DNA from: Verrucomicrobiota bacterium
GTDB lineage: Bacteria > Verrucomicrobiota > Verrucomicrobiia > Limisphaerales > UBA9464
Assembly (NCBI GenBank): GCA_016871615.1
Contig: VHCX01000006.1
Coordinates: 5,171-69,170, forward strand
Direction of reading: 5' to 3'
Length of the DNA: 64,000 nt
Shown here: one piece after another, positions 42,967 to 52,111 of the stretch
Layout of the letters: every line of letters starts with the position of its first letter
Numbering within the stretch: position 1 is the first letter of the stretch
Translations under genes and position numbers: made by a program
Notes under the pieces: model-generated
The model's input: the letters and a program-made list of their open reading frames with translations, nothing else
Database searches by the model: none
Told to the model about the DNA's origin: nothing

Positions 42967-45747
42967 GTGACCGACCCGGCCGCCCACCGAACGCCCAGAC
43001 TGCCAGAACTCCTGGCCCCCGCCGGCGACTGGGACTGCGCGCGGGCGGCCGTCGAGAACGGGGCCGACGCGATCTACTTCGGCCTCGACCGGTTCAACGC
43101 GCGGATGCGGGCCCGCAACTTCACCGAGGCCGACCTGCCCGCCCTGATGGAGTTCCTGCACCGCCGCGGCGTGCGCGGGTACGTGACCTTCAACACGCTG
43201 GTCTTCACCGAGGAGCTGGCTGGCGCAGAGGACTACCTGCGCGCGGTCATCGCCGCGGGCGTCGACGCGGCGATCGTGCAGGATGTCGGCATCTGCCGCC
43301 TCATCCGCCGGATCTCGCCCGACTTCCCCATCCACGGGTCCACGCAACTCACCGTGACCAGCCCGGCCGGGGTCGAGTTCGCCCGCTCGCTGGGATGCGG
43401 GCTGGTGGTGCTGGCGCGGGAGAACTCCATCCGCGAGATCGAGGCGATCCAGGCGGCGCAGCGCGGACCGGCCACCCGGGGTTCGCCCGCCATGCCCGCC
43501 ATGCCCGGCGGCGACGTCGCCACCACGACCCCGATCCCGATCCCGATCCCGGAGCCGCTGCCCTTGGAGGTCTTCGTGCACGGGGCCCTGTGCGTCGCCT
43601 ACTCGGGCCAGTGCCTGACCAGCGAATCGCTCGGGGGCCGCAGCGCCAACCGGGGCGAGTGCGCGCAGGCCTGCCGGATGCCCTACGAGCTGGTGTCCGA
43701 CGGGAAGACCGTCGACCTCGGCGACCGTCGTTACCTGCTCTCGCCGCAGGACCTCTCCGGGCTTGAGGTGCTCCCCGACCTGGTCCGGGCCGGGGTGGCT
43801 TCGCTCAAGATCGAGGGCCGGCTCAAGTCGCCCGAATACGTGGCGAGCATCACCCGGGTGTACCGCAAGGCGCTGGATCGGCTCGCCCGGCCGGACCCCG
43901 CCACCGGGGAGCCGGGAGCGATCGCCGCGGCAGGGACGCGACCGACCGACGCGGCCTCGCCGAGCGCACCGGCCCCGGCGACCAGGCCTGCCGACCGTGC
44001 CGACCCCGCCGACCGCTACGAGCTGGAGATGGCCTTCAGCCGGGGCCTGCACACCGGCTGGTTCCGGGGCATCGACAACCAGGCCCTCGCCCACGCCCGG
44101 TTCGGCAAGAAGCGCGGGGTGTACCTGGGCGAAGTGTCCGCCGTGGGGCCCGACGCCGTGCGGCTGCGGCTCGAGGGACCGCTGAAGCCCGGCGACGGCG
44201 TGGGCTTCGACGCCGGGCGCCCGGACCTGCCGGAGGAGGGCGGCCGCGTGTACGGCGTGCGGCCCCTGCGCGACGGCATGGTCGAGGTGAGCTTCGGCGG
44301 TGGTGCGGTGGACTTCCGGCGCATTGAACCAGGGCATCGTCTCTGGAAGACCGACGATCCCGGGTTGGGCCGCGACCTCCGCAAGAGCTTCGAGGGCGAG
44401 GTCCCGCGACACACCCGGCCGCTGCACGTCGAGGTGCACGGGGTGTCGGGAGGTCCGCTCACGCTGATCGCCCGCGACGACGAGGGGCATGTCGCGCAGG
44501 CCGCCTCGGCGATGCCGCTGGTGCCGGCCGAGAAACGCCCGCTGACGCCGGAATCGCTGGGCCAATCCCTCGGTCGCCTCGGGGGAACGCCGTTCCACCT
44601 GGGCACGGTCGGGATGCGGCTGGAGGCGGGACTGATCCTGCCCGTGAGCGAACTCAACCGGCTGCGGCGCGACGTGGTGGCCCACGTCGAGGCGCTGCGG
44701 GCGGCCCCGCGCCGATGGACGCTCCTGCCGGAGCCGGCGGCGACCGGGTCGGCCCCTTCGGAGCCCGTCCGGACGGAAACCACCGCGGGCTTGGCCGACA
44801 CCGTCGACGCCATCGACGCCGAACGAACCATCGGCACCCTCGACACCACTCCCGAACTCATCGTGCTCGTGCGCTCGATCGGCCAACTCGAGGCCGCCCT
44901 GCGCTGTGGCGTGGCCACGGTCTACTGCGACTTCGAGGACCCGAAGAAGTACCGGGAGGCCGTGGCCATCTTCCACACGGCCCGCGGCTGCACGGCGCCC
45001 CCGGGCGCCCCGGCCGGATCCGGCATCTGGGTGGCCCCGCCGCGCATCTTCAAGCCGGGCGAGGACTGGATCCTGCGCCAGGTGCTCTCCAGCAACGCCG
45101 ACGGGTACCTGGTGCGCAATCCCGAACACCTGCGCTGCTTCGCCGGGAAACGCCGGCGCGGGGATTTCTCGCTCAATGTGGCCAACCCGCTCTCGGCCGA
45201 GTGGTTCATCGCGCACGAGGGGCTGGAGCGGGTCACCGTCAGCTACGACCTGAACGCCGGGCAGGTGGCCTCCCTGCTGCGCGCGGCGCCGCCCGGGTGG
45301 TTCGAGCTGACCCTGCACCAGCACATGCCGCTCTTCCACATGGAGCATTGCGTCTTCTGCGCCTTCCTGTCGAAGGGGACCGACTACACCAACTGCGGCC
45401 GCCCCTGCGACAAGCACGTGGTGACGCTGCGTGACCGCACGGGCGCCGAGCATCCGCTCAAGGCCGACAGCGGCTGCCGGAACACGGTCTTCAACGCCAA
45501 GGCACAAACCGGGGCCGAGTCGCTGGGTCGCTTCGTGGAACTCGGCGCCCGGGCCTTCCGGGTGGAGTTCGTCGACGAGACCCCCGACCAGGTGGCCACA
45601 GTCCTTGGCCGTTACCGCGCACTGCTGCGCGGAGAGATCACCGGCCAGGCCCTGTGGCAGGAGCTCAAGCTCTCAAGCCAGCTCGGCGTGACTCGGGGCC
45701 AGTTTGAGACGAACGAGGCGCGGAAGGTCTTCCCCCGCGCCCCGTAG
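42967..45747 (+). CDS. U32-family protein with DUF3656-like domain (RlhA-type RNA hydroxylase candidate)
   Basis: PELLAPAG, GADAIYFG, VHGALCVAYSGQC, RSANRGECAQACR, KIEGRLK. Confidence 0.85.
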   Translation: MTDPAAHRTPRLPELLAPAGDWDCARAAVENGADAIYFGLDRFNARMRARNFTEADLPALMEFLHRRGVRGYVTFNTLVFTEELAGAEDYLRAVIAAGVDAAIVQDVGICRLIRRISPDFPIHGSTQLTVTSPAGVEFARSLGCGLVVLARENSIREIEAIQAAQRGPATRGSPAMPAMPGGDVATTTPIPIPIPEPLPLEVFVHGALCVAYSGQCLTSESLGGRSANRGECAQACRMPYELVSDGKTVDLGDRRYLLSPQDLSGLEVLPDLVRAGVASLKIEGRLKSPEYVASITRVYRKALDRLARPDPATGEPGAIAAAGTRPTDAASPSAPAPATRPADRADPADRYELEMAFSRGLHTGWFRGIDNQALAHARFGKKRGVYLGEVSAVGPDAVRLRLEGPLKPGDGVGFDAGRPDLPEEGGRVYGVRPLRDGMVEVSFGGGAVDFRRIEPGHRLWKTDDPGLGRDLRKSFEGEVPRHTRPLHVEVHGVSGGPLTLIARDDEGHVAQAASAMPLVPAEKRPLTPESLGQSLGRLGGTPFHLGTVGMRLEAGLILPVSELNRLRRDVVAHVEALRAAPRRWTLLPEPAATGSAPSEPVRTETTAGLADTVDAIDAERTIGTLDTTPELIVLVRSIGQLEAALRCGVATVYCDFEDPKKYREAVAIFHTARGCTAPPGAPAGSGIWVAPPRIFKPGEDWILRQVLSSNADGYLVRNPEHLRCFAGKRRRGDFSLNVANPLSAEWFIAHEGLERVTVSYDLNAGQVASLLRAAPPGWFELTLHQHMPLFHMEHCVFCAFLSKGTDYTNCGRPCDKHVVTLRDRTGAEHPLKADSGCRNTVFNAKAQTGAESLGRFVELGARAFRVEFVDETPDQVATVLGRYRALLRGEITGQALWQELKLSSQLGVTRGQFETNEARKVFPRAP

Positions 45748-45818
45748 GGCTGTCTGGAACTATGGTGGGAATCGGGGCCCGGCATCGACCGTGGCCCAGG
45801 CCCTCGCCCTGACCCTGG

Positions 45819-46664
45819 TCAGTTCAGAGGCTTCCAGTTCACGTAACGGTAGCGGTCCCAGACCCAGCGGAAGTCGGGGTTGCGCCCGGTGCCACCCGCC
45901 CAGAAGAAGCTCTCCCGGCCCGCACCCGAATCCCGGGCGGCCTTGATGGTGGCCCCATCCAGCCACTTGTGACTCTCGGAGTGGCCGTCCTGGAACCCGA
46001 AGGTGCTGACCTGGCCGTGGAAGATCGTGAAGGGATCGACCCAGCCCGGAGGCGACGTGTTGATGACCCAAGTCCCCATGTTGTAGCCGCGCGGGTCAGC
46101 CTCCTCGACGAAGACCATGGACTCGGACGGGTTGGTCACCTCGGACTCCTTCTTGTAGGGCACGGCCGAATCCCATCCCATGCCGTTCATGCCGTTGGCC
46201 TTGGAGTAGCTGTCGAAGGCCCAGCCGCGTCCCGGTGCCAGCTTCATGCGGGAGTCGCCCGGACAGTGATAAACCTGATAGCCTTGGCAGTATTGCTGGA
46301 GCGGGGCGTTGCTCATGCCGCTGTAGACCCGGCGCAGCGCCTCGGCTTGGGTGATGCCCGCGGCCAAGCCCGGCATCGGACTGCGCCAGTAGCCGCCGCC
46401 CACCAGGTCCACGACCGCGTTGTTGACGCGGATCTGCGTCGGCATCAGGTCGGACTGGTTGTCGTTGGAATACAGGATCCAGCCCAGCACCAGTTGCTTC
46501 TGGTTGCTCACGCAATTGGCCCCGGTGGCCTTCATGCGGGCACGACCCAACGCCGGCAGGAGCATGCCCGCGAGGATCGCGATGATCGCGATCACCACCA
46601 GGAGTTCGATCAGGGTGAAGCCCGAGCGCCGACGCGTCCCGGGGGCGTATGGAAACGTTTTCAT
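45819..46664 (-). CDS. Prepilin-type N-terminal cleavage/methylation protein with H-X9-DG motif
   Basis: [25 protein letters not shown]; [13 protein letters not shown]. Confidence 0.88.
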   Translation of the reverse strand: MKTFPYAPGTRRRSGFTLIELLVVIAIIAILAGMLLPALGRARMKATGANCVSNQKQLVLGWILYSNDNQSDLMPTQIRVNNAVVDLVGGGYWRSPMPGLAAGITQAEALRRVYSGMSNAPLQQYCQGYQVYHCPGDSRMKLAPGRGWAFDSYSKANGMNGMGWDSAVPYKKESEVTNPSESMVFVEEADPRGYNMGTWVINTSPPGWVDPFTIFHGQVSTFGFQDGHSESHKWLDGATIKAARDSGAGRESFFWAGGTGRNPDFRWVWDRYRYVNWKPLN

Positions 46665-46712
46665 GGGATTTGCATGGATGGTCCAACCGTCCCCATGCCA
46701 CGCAAGCAAAAA

Positions 46713-46745
46713 CCAAAGGGGTCGGTCCTCACTATTGACACAACT
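46713..46745 (+). repeat. Left 33-bp inverted repeat flanking RAYT-like gene (copy C)
   Basis: CCAAAGGGGTCGGTCCTCACTATTGACACAACT. Confidence 0.95.
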
Positions 46746-46748
46746 CTG

Positions 46749-47699
46749 CTATCGCGCGGACCTGGCCCCGGTCTCGGCCGTCGCGCCCAGCAGGTTCGAC
46801 ACATAGGTCCAAACCCCCATGCCCAGCCTCCGGGCGATCCACCCCAAGGTCATGGTCGTCTCCCGGCGCAGCCGTCGGGCGATCCTCACCTTGTCCGGGT
46901 CACCCTTGCGACGACGGGATAGCTCGTCCCCGTCCCAACCCAGCGCGGCCAATTCCTCGACCACGAGGCGCTCGGCCTTGGCCTCCTCGGTCTCCTGCCG
47001 CTCGGCCCCGTAGTTCTGGGCCCCCACGTGCTGCGAGGCCTTGGCCAAGAGTTCCTCCTTGAGCGCCTTCTTGCCAAAGAACCACCCGCGCCGGATGGGC
47101 GCCCACTGGCTGCCGTCGCCCTCCTGCCGACGGCGGTCCTCCATGAGCCGCTCGAAGTCCCGGCGGCCGGCCGCGCTGTCCTGGGTCAGGCGCATCTCGC
47201 CCAGCAGGCGGTCGACGCGCAGCCAGGGCCAGCGCCGGGTCGGAGCCTTCAGGTATTCGGCGTGGCTGCTCCAGCGGTAGTCGCGCAGCGGCTGCCCCGA
47301 CGGGATCAGGTTCGCCCGCACCGGGTTCAGGTGCACGTAGTCGCAGACGGTGCGGAAGTATCCCGGGGCGGTCGAGTCGACCAGCAGCGCCTTGTAGCGG
47401 CCGCCGAAGAGGTGGCCGGCGAGACCGTGGCGACGGTTGAACCGCGCGGTGTAGGTGCCGAGGAACCACTTCATGCCCGCGACGAGGTTCCGGCGGGGCG
47501 TCTCCACCACGAGGTGGAAGTGGTTCGGCATGAGGCACAGCGCATGGACCTGCCAGTCGGTCTTGGCACACGCCTCGGCGAGGGTGTCGAGGAAACGCAG
47601 GCGGTCGGCGTCGTCGCGGAAAATGGGTTCGCGCCGGTCTCCGCGGTTCATGACGTGGTAGACCGCGCCTTCGTACTCGATGCGCAGGGGACGGGGCAT
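46749..47699 (-). CDS. REP-associated tyrosine transposase-like HUH nuclease (Y1_Tnp) with C-terminal HTH
   Basis: MPRPLRIEY.GAVYHVMNRG, CLMPNHFHL (HUH), GHLFGGRYK, YVHLNPVRA (catalytic Tyr), YRWSS, TLGWIARRLGM. Confidence 0.9.
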   Translation of the reverse strand: MPRPLRIEYEGAVYHVMNRGDRREPIFRDDADRLRFLDTLAEACAKTDWQVHALCLMPNHFHLVVETPRRNLVAGMKWFLGTYTARFNRRHGLAGHLFGGRYKALLVDSTAPGYFRTVCDYVHLNPVRANLIPSGQPLRDYRWSSHAEYLKAPTRRWPWLRVDRLLGEMRLTQDSAAGRRDFERLMEDRRRQEGDGSQWAPIRRGWFFGKKALKEELLAKASQHVGAQNYGAERQETEEAKAERLVVEELAALGWDGDELSRRRKGDPDKVRIARRLRRETTMTLGWIARRLGMGVWTYVSNLLGATAETGARSAR

Positions 47700-47705
47700 G
47701 GGCGG

Positions 47706-47735
47706 AGGTTGGGCGAGCGGGGGAAGTTGTGTCAA
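47706..47735 (-). promoter_or_regulatory. Candidate leaderless promoter of the RAYT gene using the repeat's TTGACA
   Basis: TTGACA-N18-CAACCT-N6-ATG. Confidence 0.45.
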
Positions 47736-47757
47736 TAGTGAGGACCGACCCCTTTGG
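47725..47757 (-). repeat. Right 33-bp inverted repeat flanking RAYT-like gene (copy D)
   Basis: Exact reverse complement of 46713-46745. Confidence 0.95.
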
Positions 47758-47759
47758 GA

Positions 47760-47996
47760 TCACCACACCCAGATCGCGTTGCGACCCACCGGGGAGGACG
47801 GCGAGGGCCGGTAGCGCCCGGAGAGCAGCACCCGTCCCGCCTCGTCCCAGAGGCCCCCGTCGAGTTCGGCCACCCGCGCCGTGCCGGCATCGCACGGGGT
47901 CTGCCCGGTGGCGAGCACGACCTCGACCGGAGGCGTGACCGCCCGGGCCAGCGTGGCAAGACCTATCAGACCGGGCAGCCAGCGTCGAAGGCCCAT
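47760..47996 (-). pseudogene. 5' fragment of a secreted protein, ending at the repeat boundary
   Basis: Signal peptide MGLRRWLPGLIGLATLARA, then ~60 aa. The TGA stop overlaps the GATCCC outer end of repeat D. Confidence 0.5.
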
Positions 47997-48049
47997 GGGA
48001 AGAGAAAAATGGAGATTTTGTCCGGTCTTGGATGAATCCGGCGATTGGA

Positions 48050-48932
48050 TCAACCTAAGGAGGCCGCGTGGAACAAAAATGCCCCTTCTTTTCGATAGGC
48101 GTCTTCGGGGTTGATCAGGCCGAGACGGCTCTCCCAATAGGTGTTGGCCGCATCCTGCACCGGCCCTTGGATGGCCGCCATGGTCTGATCCCAATGGACG
48201 ATGGCTTGACCCATGTTCCAGGCCATGTCTCTGGCCTTCAACGGATCAAGGGCCAAGCTGCCCAACTCGATGATCCCTTGCACCTCCTCGGAAGCGGCCC
48301 CTGCGGCGCCTTCCAAGCGGAGCAGCATGGCACCCATCACATCGTCGGGCCGTCTGGATTGTTCGTTCTTCAGCGTGAAGACTGTCGCCTTGGGAACGAA
48401 TTCGATCTCCAGTCGGTGGCTGTAGGACAGGTTTTCAAAGGGCCGCCCCACCGCGCCCGGAGAAGGCATACCAATATCTTCCGATTGGAACTCGTACTCG
48501 AAGAGCTTATCGATGGCACCCGCCTTGTAATACCAAAGACTGTCCCCCCCCGCTGCCATCGCGGCGGTAGTACTTCACCGACCGACGCTCCACCAAGACG
48601 TCACGACCATCCTTCGCCGACGGATTGGAGTAACGGGCCACCGTCTTGGGGTCCGTGTACACCGAACAAATCCCCATCCTGTCGTCCGCGCTGGTCGGTC
48701 CGTAGTAGGTCATCCGAATGAACCGCCAGAGGTCTCCGGTCACCGGATCCATCTCCTTTGCGCTGAGGGGGCCATGGATCTTGACCCCTACGGCGCCTAC
48801 GGCGGCATAGGCGCCCGACGGGAATCCGGGGAGATCCGGCAAATAACCGCTGTCTTGGGCACAGGCCCGGAGCATGAGGGCCACCCACCCGAAAATCCTG
48901 AAGAGGTGAATCTCGAATTGGGAGTTCCTCAC
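48050..48932 (-). pseudogene. Secreted hypothetical protein split by a frameshift in a G8 run
   Basis: ORFs 48507-48932 and 48050-48559 join in frame (…RRDGSGGDSLWYYK…) if the G8 at 48544-48551 were G7. The region is more AT-rich than its neighbours. Confidence 0.6.
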
Positions 48933-49167
48933 AAGTGCCTTGATGTCAGAACTGCAACTCAGGCCTGCCCTCCGAGCTTGGAACCACGCCCAGAATCACG
49001 GATTCCGGCGTGGCTCCATTCGCCTTCGAAGGCCTCGAGGCCCTCGCCGAGGCCGACATTCCGCAGCGGGAGAGACTCTTGGCAAGCCCGAAGGGACAGG
49101 CGAGAGGGCCGCCCGCCCGTGAGGTGTCAGGCGCCCGCTTCGGCGGCTTTGAAACGCGGGCCGGCGT

Positions 49168-50370
49168 TCAGAGGGCTTCGCCGTAGAGGCGCTCGAAGTC
49201 GGGGGCCGCGATGGGGCGGGGATTGAAGGTGGCGGTCCACTGGCGCGCGGCCTGTTGGGCGAGCAGCGGGATGCGCGACCCCGGGTCCACGCCGGCCTCG
49301 GCGAGGGTGGTCGGCAATCCGGCGATCCCCAGCCAGGCCTCGAAGCGGCGGGCGAGGACCTCGCCCGCGGCGGCCACGCCGCACGAGGCACCGGAGGCGG
49401 CCTCGGGGCCATCCAGCCCGTGGCCCCCGCCAGCGGCGGCAACCAGATCGGCGTAGAGGGCCTGCACCTCCGGGAGGGCCGCATTGAAGCGGATGACCCC
49501 CGGGATCATCAGGCCGACCGCTGCCCCATGGACAACCCCGAACTGCGCGGTCAACGGGTTGGCCGCCGAGTGGGCCGCCCCCAGCATCGAGTTCTCGATG
49601 GCCGTGCCGGCCAGGGCAGCCCCGAGCAGCATGCGGCCGCGCGCCTCCAGGTCGCCCGGGTTCGCAAGCACCGTCTCCAGCGCGCCGGCACACAACCGGA
49701 ACGCCTCGCGCGCGAACAGGCCGGACCAGACCGTCCGGCGCGTCGTCACGGCCGCCTCCACCGCATGGACCAGGGCGTCGATGCCGGTCTGGGCCGTGAC
49801 GCGCCGCGGCTGCGACACCGTGAGCAACGGGTCGAGCAGGGCGATGCGCGCGGCGGCCTTGGGATCGAGGCAGGCCATCTTGTGGTGGGTCTCCTCGTCG
49901 GCGATGAGCGCTGCGCTCTGGCATTCGCTGCCCGTGCCCGCCGTGGTCGGGATGGCGATGAGTGGCAGCATCGGACGGGTGGCCTTGCCGACCCCTTGGT
50001 AGTCGCGCATGCGGCCGCCTTGCGTGAGCAGGAAGTTCACGCCCTTGGCCGTGTCGATGGAGCTGCCGCCGCCGAGGCCCACGAAGAGGTCCACCGAGGC
50101 CGCTCGCGCCGCCTCCAGCCCGCGGTCCACGTCGAGCGTCGTGGGATTCTCCCGGACGGCGTCGAAAACGGCCACCTCGAGGCCGGCGGCCCGCAGCAGG
50201 GCCTCGGCCCGGGAGGCGTGGCCGGCCCGTACGATGCCCGGGTCGGTCACCAGCAGCACCCGATGCCCGCCGAGTCCGGCGGCCAGTTCGCCCAACCGGT
50301 CGAGGCAACCGGGCCCGAAGACGAGCCGGGTCCGCAGCGTGCTGTCGAAGGAGGGGGTGGCGGTGGTCAT
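49168..50370 (-). CDS. Iron-containing alcohol dehydrogenase
   Basis: GLGGGSSIDTAK, IPTTAGTGSE, DALVHAVE, AAHSAAN, HG. Confidence 0.92.
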   Translation of the reverse strand: MTTATPSFDSTLRTRLVFGPGCLDRLGELAAGLGGHRVLLVTDPGIVRAGHASRAEALLRAAGLEVAVFDAVRENPTTLDVDRGLEAARAASVDLFVGLGGGSSIDTAKGVNFLLTQGGRMRDYQGVGKATRPMLPLIAIPTTAGTGSECQSAALIADEETHHKMACLDPKAAARIALLDPLLTVSQPRRVTAQTGIDALVHAVEAAVTTRRTVWSGLFAREAFRLCAGALETVLANPGDLEARGRMLLGAALAGTAIENSMLGAAHSAANPLTAQFGVVHGAAVGLMIPGVIRFNAALPEVQALYADLVAAAGGGHGLDGPEAASGASCGVAAAGEVLARRFEAWLGIAGLPTTLAEAGVDPGSRIPLLAQQAARQWTATFNPRPIAAPDFERLYGEAL

Positions 50371-50465
50371 GCGCGCTGAAAGACTCCGTCGGCGGAAGCG
50401 ATCTTCAAGCCGGGCCTTCAAGAATTGGATTGAACACAAGACCGATCCGGAGGTTTGTAGCGGGC

Positions 50466-50837
50466 ATGACGACCTTGCGCCACCGGAAGGACGCCCTCGC
50501 CGCCCTGCTCCTGGCCGCCGCCGGATCCGGCTGCATCTCCCACGAGGAGACGGTCCGGATCCACGAGGAACGCCTGCCAATCAACTTCGAGACCGACGCG
50601 GCAGCCCGCACCTTCTACGAGGCCGTCGAGAAGCTCCGCACCTCGGCTTCGCCATCGAACAGCACGACCCAGTTCGGGATTCCGATGATCCTCTCCCACA
50701 AGGTCACCACCGAGAACGGCCCCCATCAGGTCTTCAACGAGGGGGTCCGGCGCGCCGACACCGACCGGGATGGCACGATCACCGAGAAGGAAGCGCGGAT
50801 CTTCCAGACGCAGATCCTCACCGAATCCCTGCGCTGA
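50466..50837 (+). CDS. Small lipoprotein with EF-hand-like loop
   Basis: Lipobox-like GSGC; DTDRDGTITEKE. Confidence 0.65.
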   Translation: MTTLRHRKDALAALLLAAAGSGCISHEETVRIHEERLPINFETDAAARTFYEAVEKLRTSASPSNSTTQFGIPMILSHKVTTENGPHQVFNEGVRRADTDRDGTITEKEARIFQTQILTESLR

Positions 50838-50944
50838 TCGGGCGGCCGCAATGGCTTCGGCACCGGGGACGGAGGCGGTCGGTCGCGGACCCGGGCGGGG
50901 ATCGGGGATTGCCCGGGCCGGTGGGCCCGATCATCCTCGTCCGC

Positions 50945-51673
50945 ATGACGTTCCCCGTCGCGTCTCCGTTTTTCCTCGCGGCCGTGACACCCACCAACGA
51001 CGCGTTCGCAGGGGGCGCGGGCCCGGCCGAGGCCGCCGCCGGCGCCGGTGGCTTCGGGATCCTCTTCTGGCTGCTGGCGCTGATGGCCGGGGTAGCCTTG
51101 AGCGTCATCATCGAGCGATTGCTCTACTACCATCGCGTCCAGATCGACTCCGCCCAGTTCCTGGCCGGCGTGCGCAACGTGCTCAAGCGCGACAACGTCA
51201 TCGAGGCCGTCTCGATCTGCGACGCGACGCCGGGCCCGGTCTCCCGCCTGGTGAAGGCGGCGATCCTCAACCGCGACGCCGGCCGGGAGCGCGTCCAGGA
51301 ATCCATCGAGGAGGTGGGCTGGGTCGAGGTGCCAAGGCTCGAGGCCAACCTGCCCCTCCTGGCCACCTTCGCCCAGATCGCCCCGCTGGTGGGCCTGCTC
51401 GGCACCCTCGTGGGCATCGGCGGCACCTTCCGACGGCTCCAGACCGGCCCCGGCTTCGCCGCACCGGCCGAGCTCTTCGCCGGCGTCTGGCAGGCCCTCT
51501 ACACCGCGGGCCTGGGCATCGCCATCGCGGCGGTCTGCTACGCGGCCTACAACTACCTGGTGGCCCGGGTGAACGCGGTGGTGCTCGACATGGAACGCGC
51601 GTCGGCCGACGCCGTGAAGATGGTCGCCCCGGCGGCCGAGGGCACCGCCTCAAAGCCAGCCGCCAGCCCATGA
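50945..51673 (+). CDS. MotA/TolQ/ExbB proton-channel family protein
   Basis: IIER, IAPLVGLLGTLVGI, GVWQALYTA..YNYL. Confidence 0.88.
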   Translation: MTFPVASPFFLAAVTPTNDAFAGGAGPAEAAAGAGGFGILFWLLALMAGVALSVIIERLLYYHRVQIDSAQFLAGVRNVLKRDNVIEAVSICDATPGPVSRLVKAAILNRDAGRERVQESIEEVGWVEVPRLEANLPLLATFAQIAPLVGLLGTLVGIGGTFRRLQTGPGFAAPAELFAGVWQALYTAGLGIAIAAVCYAAYNYLVARVNAVVLDMERASADAVKMVAPAAEGTASKPAASP

Positions 51674-52101
51674 AGTTCACGCGGACCCTCAAGCCCCTGA
51701 AGGGTCAGTTCGAGCTGGCCCCGTACCTCAGCGTGGTGTTCGTGCTGCTGTTCTTCATGCTCTTCGGCGGCTACCTGGTGCTGCCGGTCGGGACGCGGAT
51801 CGAGCTGCCCCCGGGCGGATCACCGGTCGGGTCCTGGACGGGGGAACCGTTCCTGGTGGTCGCGGTGGACGCGGGCGAGCAGTGCTATTTCGAGAACCAG
51901 ATCGTGCCCGACCTGGCGGAGCTCAAGACCCGCCTGGCCACCCGGACGGCGGCCCCGCGGGGCCCGAGGCGACTCTACCTGCAGGCCGACCGGGCCGTGC
52001 GCCACGAACGGCTGCAGGAGCTGGCCGCGCTGGCCCGCGAGGCCGGCCTGTCGGAGATCCTCCTCGGCGGATCCGGAGCCGGGGGCAAGCCCGGCCCATG
52101 A
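51670..52101 (+). CDS. ExbD/TolR-family protein (atypical TM)
   Basis: ATGA overlap with exbB; single TM; IELP; LYLQADRAV..AREAGL. Confidence 0.82.
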   Translation: MKFTRTLKPLKGQFELAPYLSVVFVLLFFMLFGGYLVLPVGTRIELPPGGSPVGSWTGEPFLVVAVDAGEQCYFENQIVPDLAELKTRLATRTAAPRGPRRLYLQADRAVRHERLQELAALAREAGLSEILLGGSGAGGKPGP

Positions 52102-52111
52102 GCCCCAGCGC

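Larger units (their letters stand above)
46713..47757. mobile_element. HUH/Y1 transposase gene bounded by perfect 33-bp inverted repeats (RAYT/REP-like module)
   Basis: The IR pair tightly encloses the single ORF. Outer flanks (GCAAAAA / GATCACC) show no target-site duplication. Confidence 0.75.

Noticed and set aside
40810-45747. Apparent 1645-aa and 1558-aa overlapping giant ORFs
   Set aside because: Each is a real gene (U32 from 42967, peptidase from 42783) extended by the shadow of its divergent neighbour.
46718-47752. Tn3-family terminal inverted repeats (GGGGTCG...CTCA start)
   Set aside because: No TAAG inner end, no 5-bp direct target duplication (flanks are inverted, CCAAA/TTTGG), and the enzyme is HUH, not DDE.
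49066-49138. Glycine-riboswitch-like words (GGGAGAG...CCGAAGG...TCAGG)
   Set aside because: P3 pairing and CUCUCAGG are not satisfied, and there is no downstream + strand gene. An Rfam scan would settle it.
47760-49167. Integron cassette array
   Set aside because: No integron integrase and no convincing RYYYAAC...GTTRRRY attC structures.
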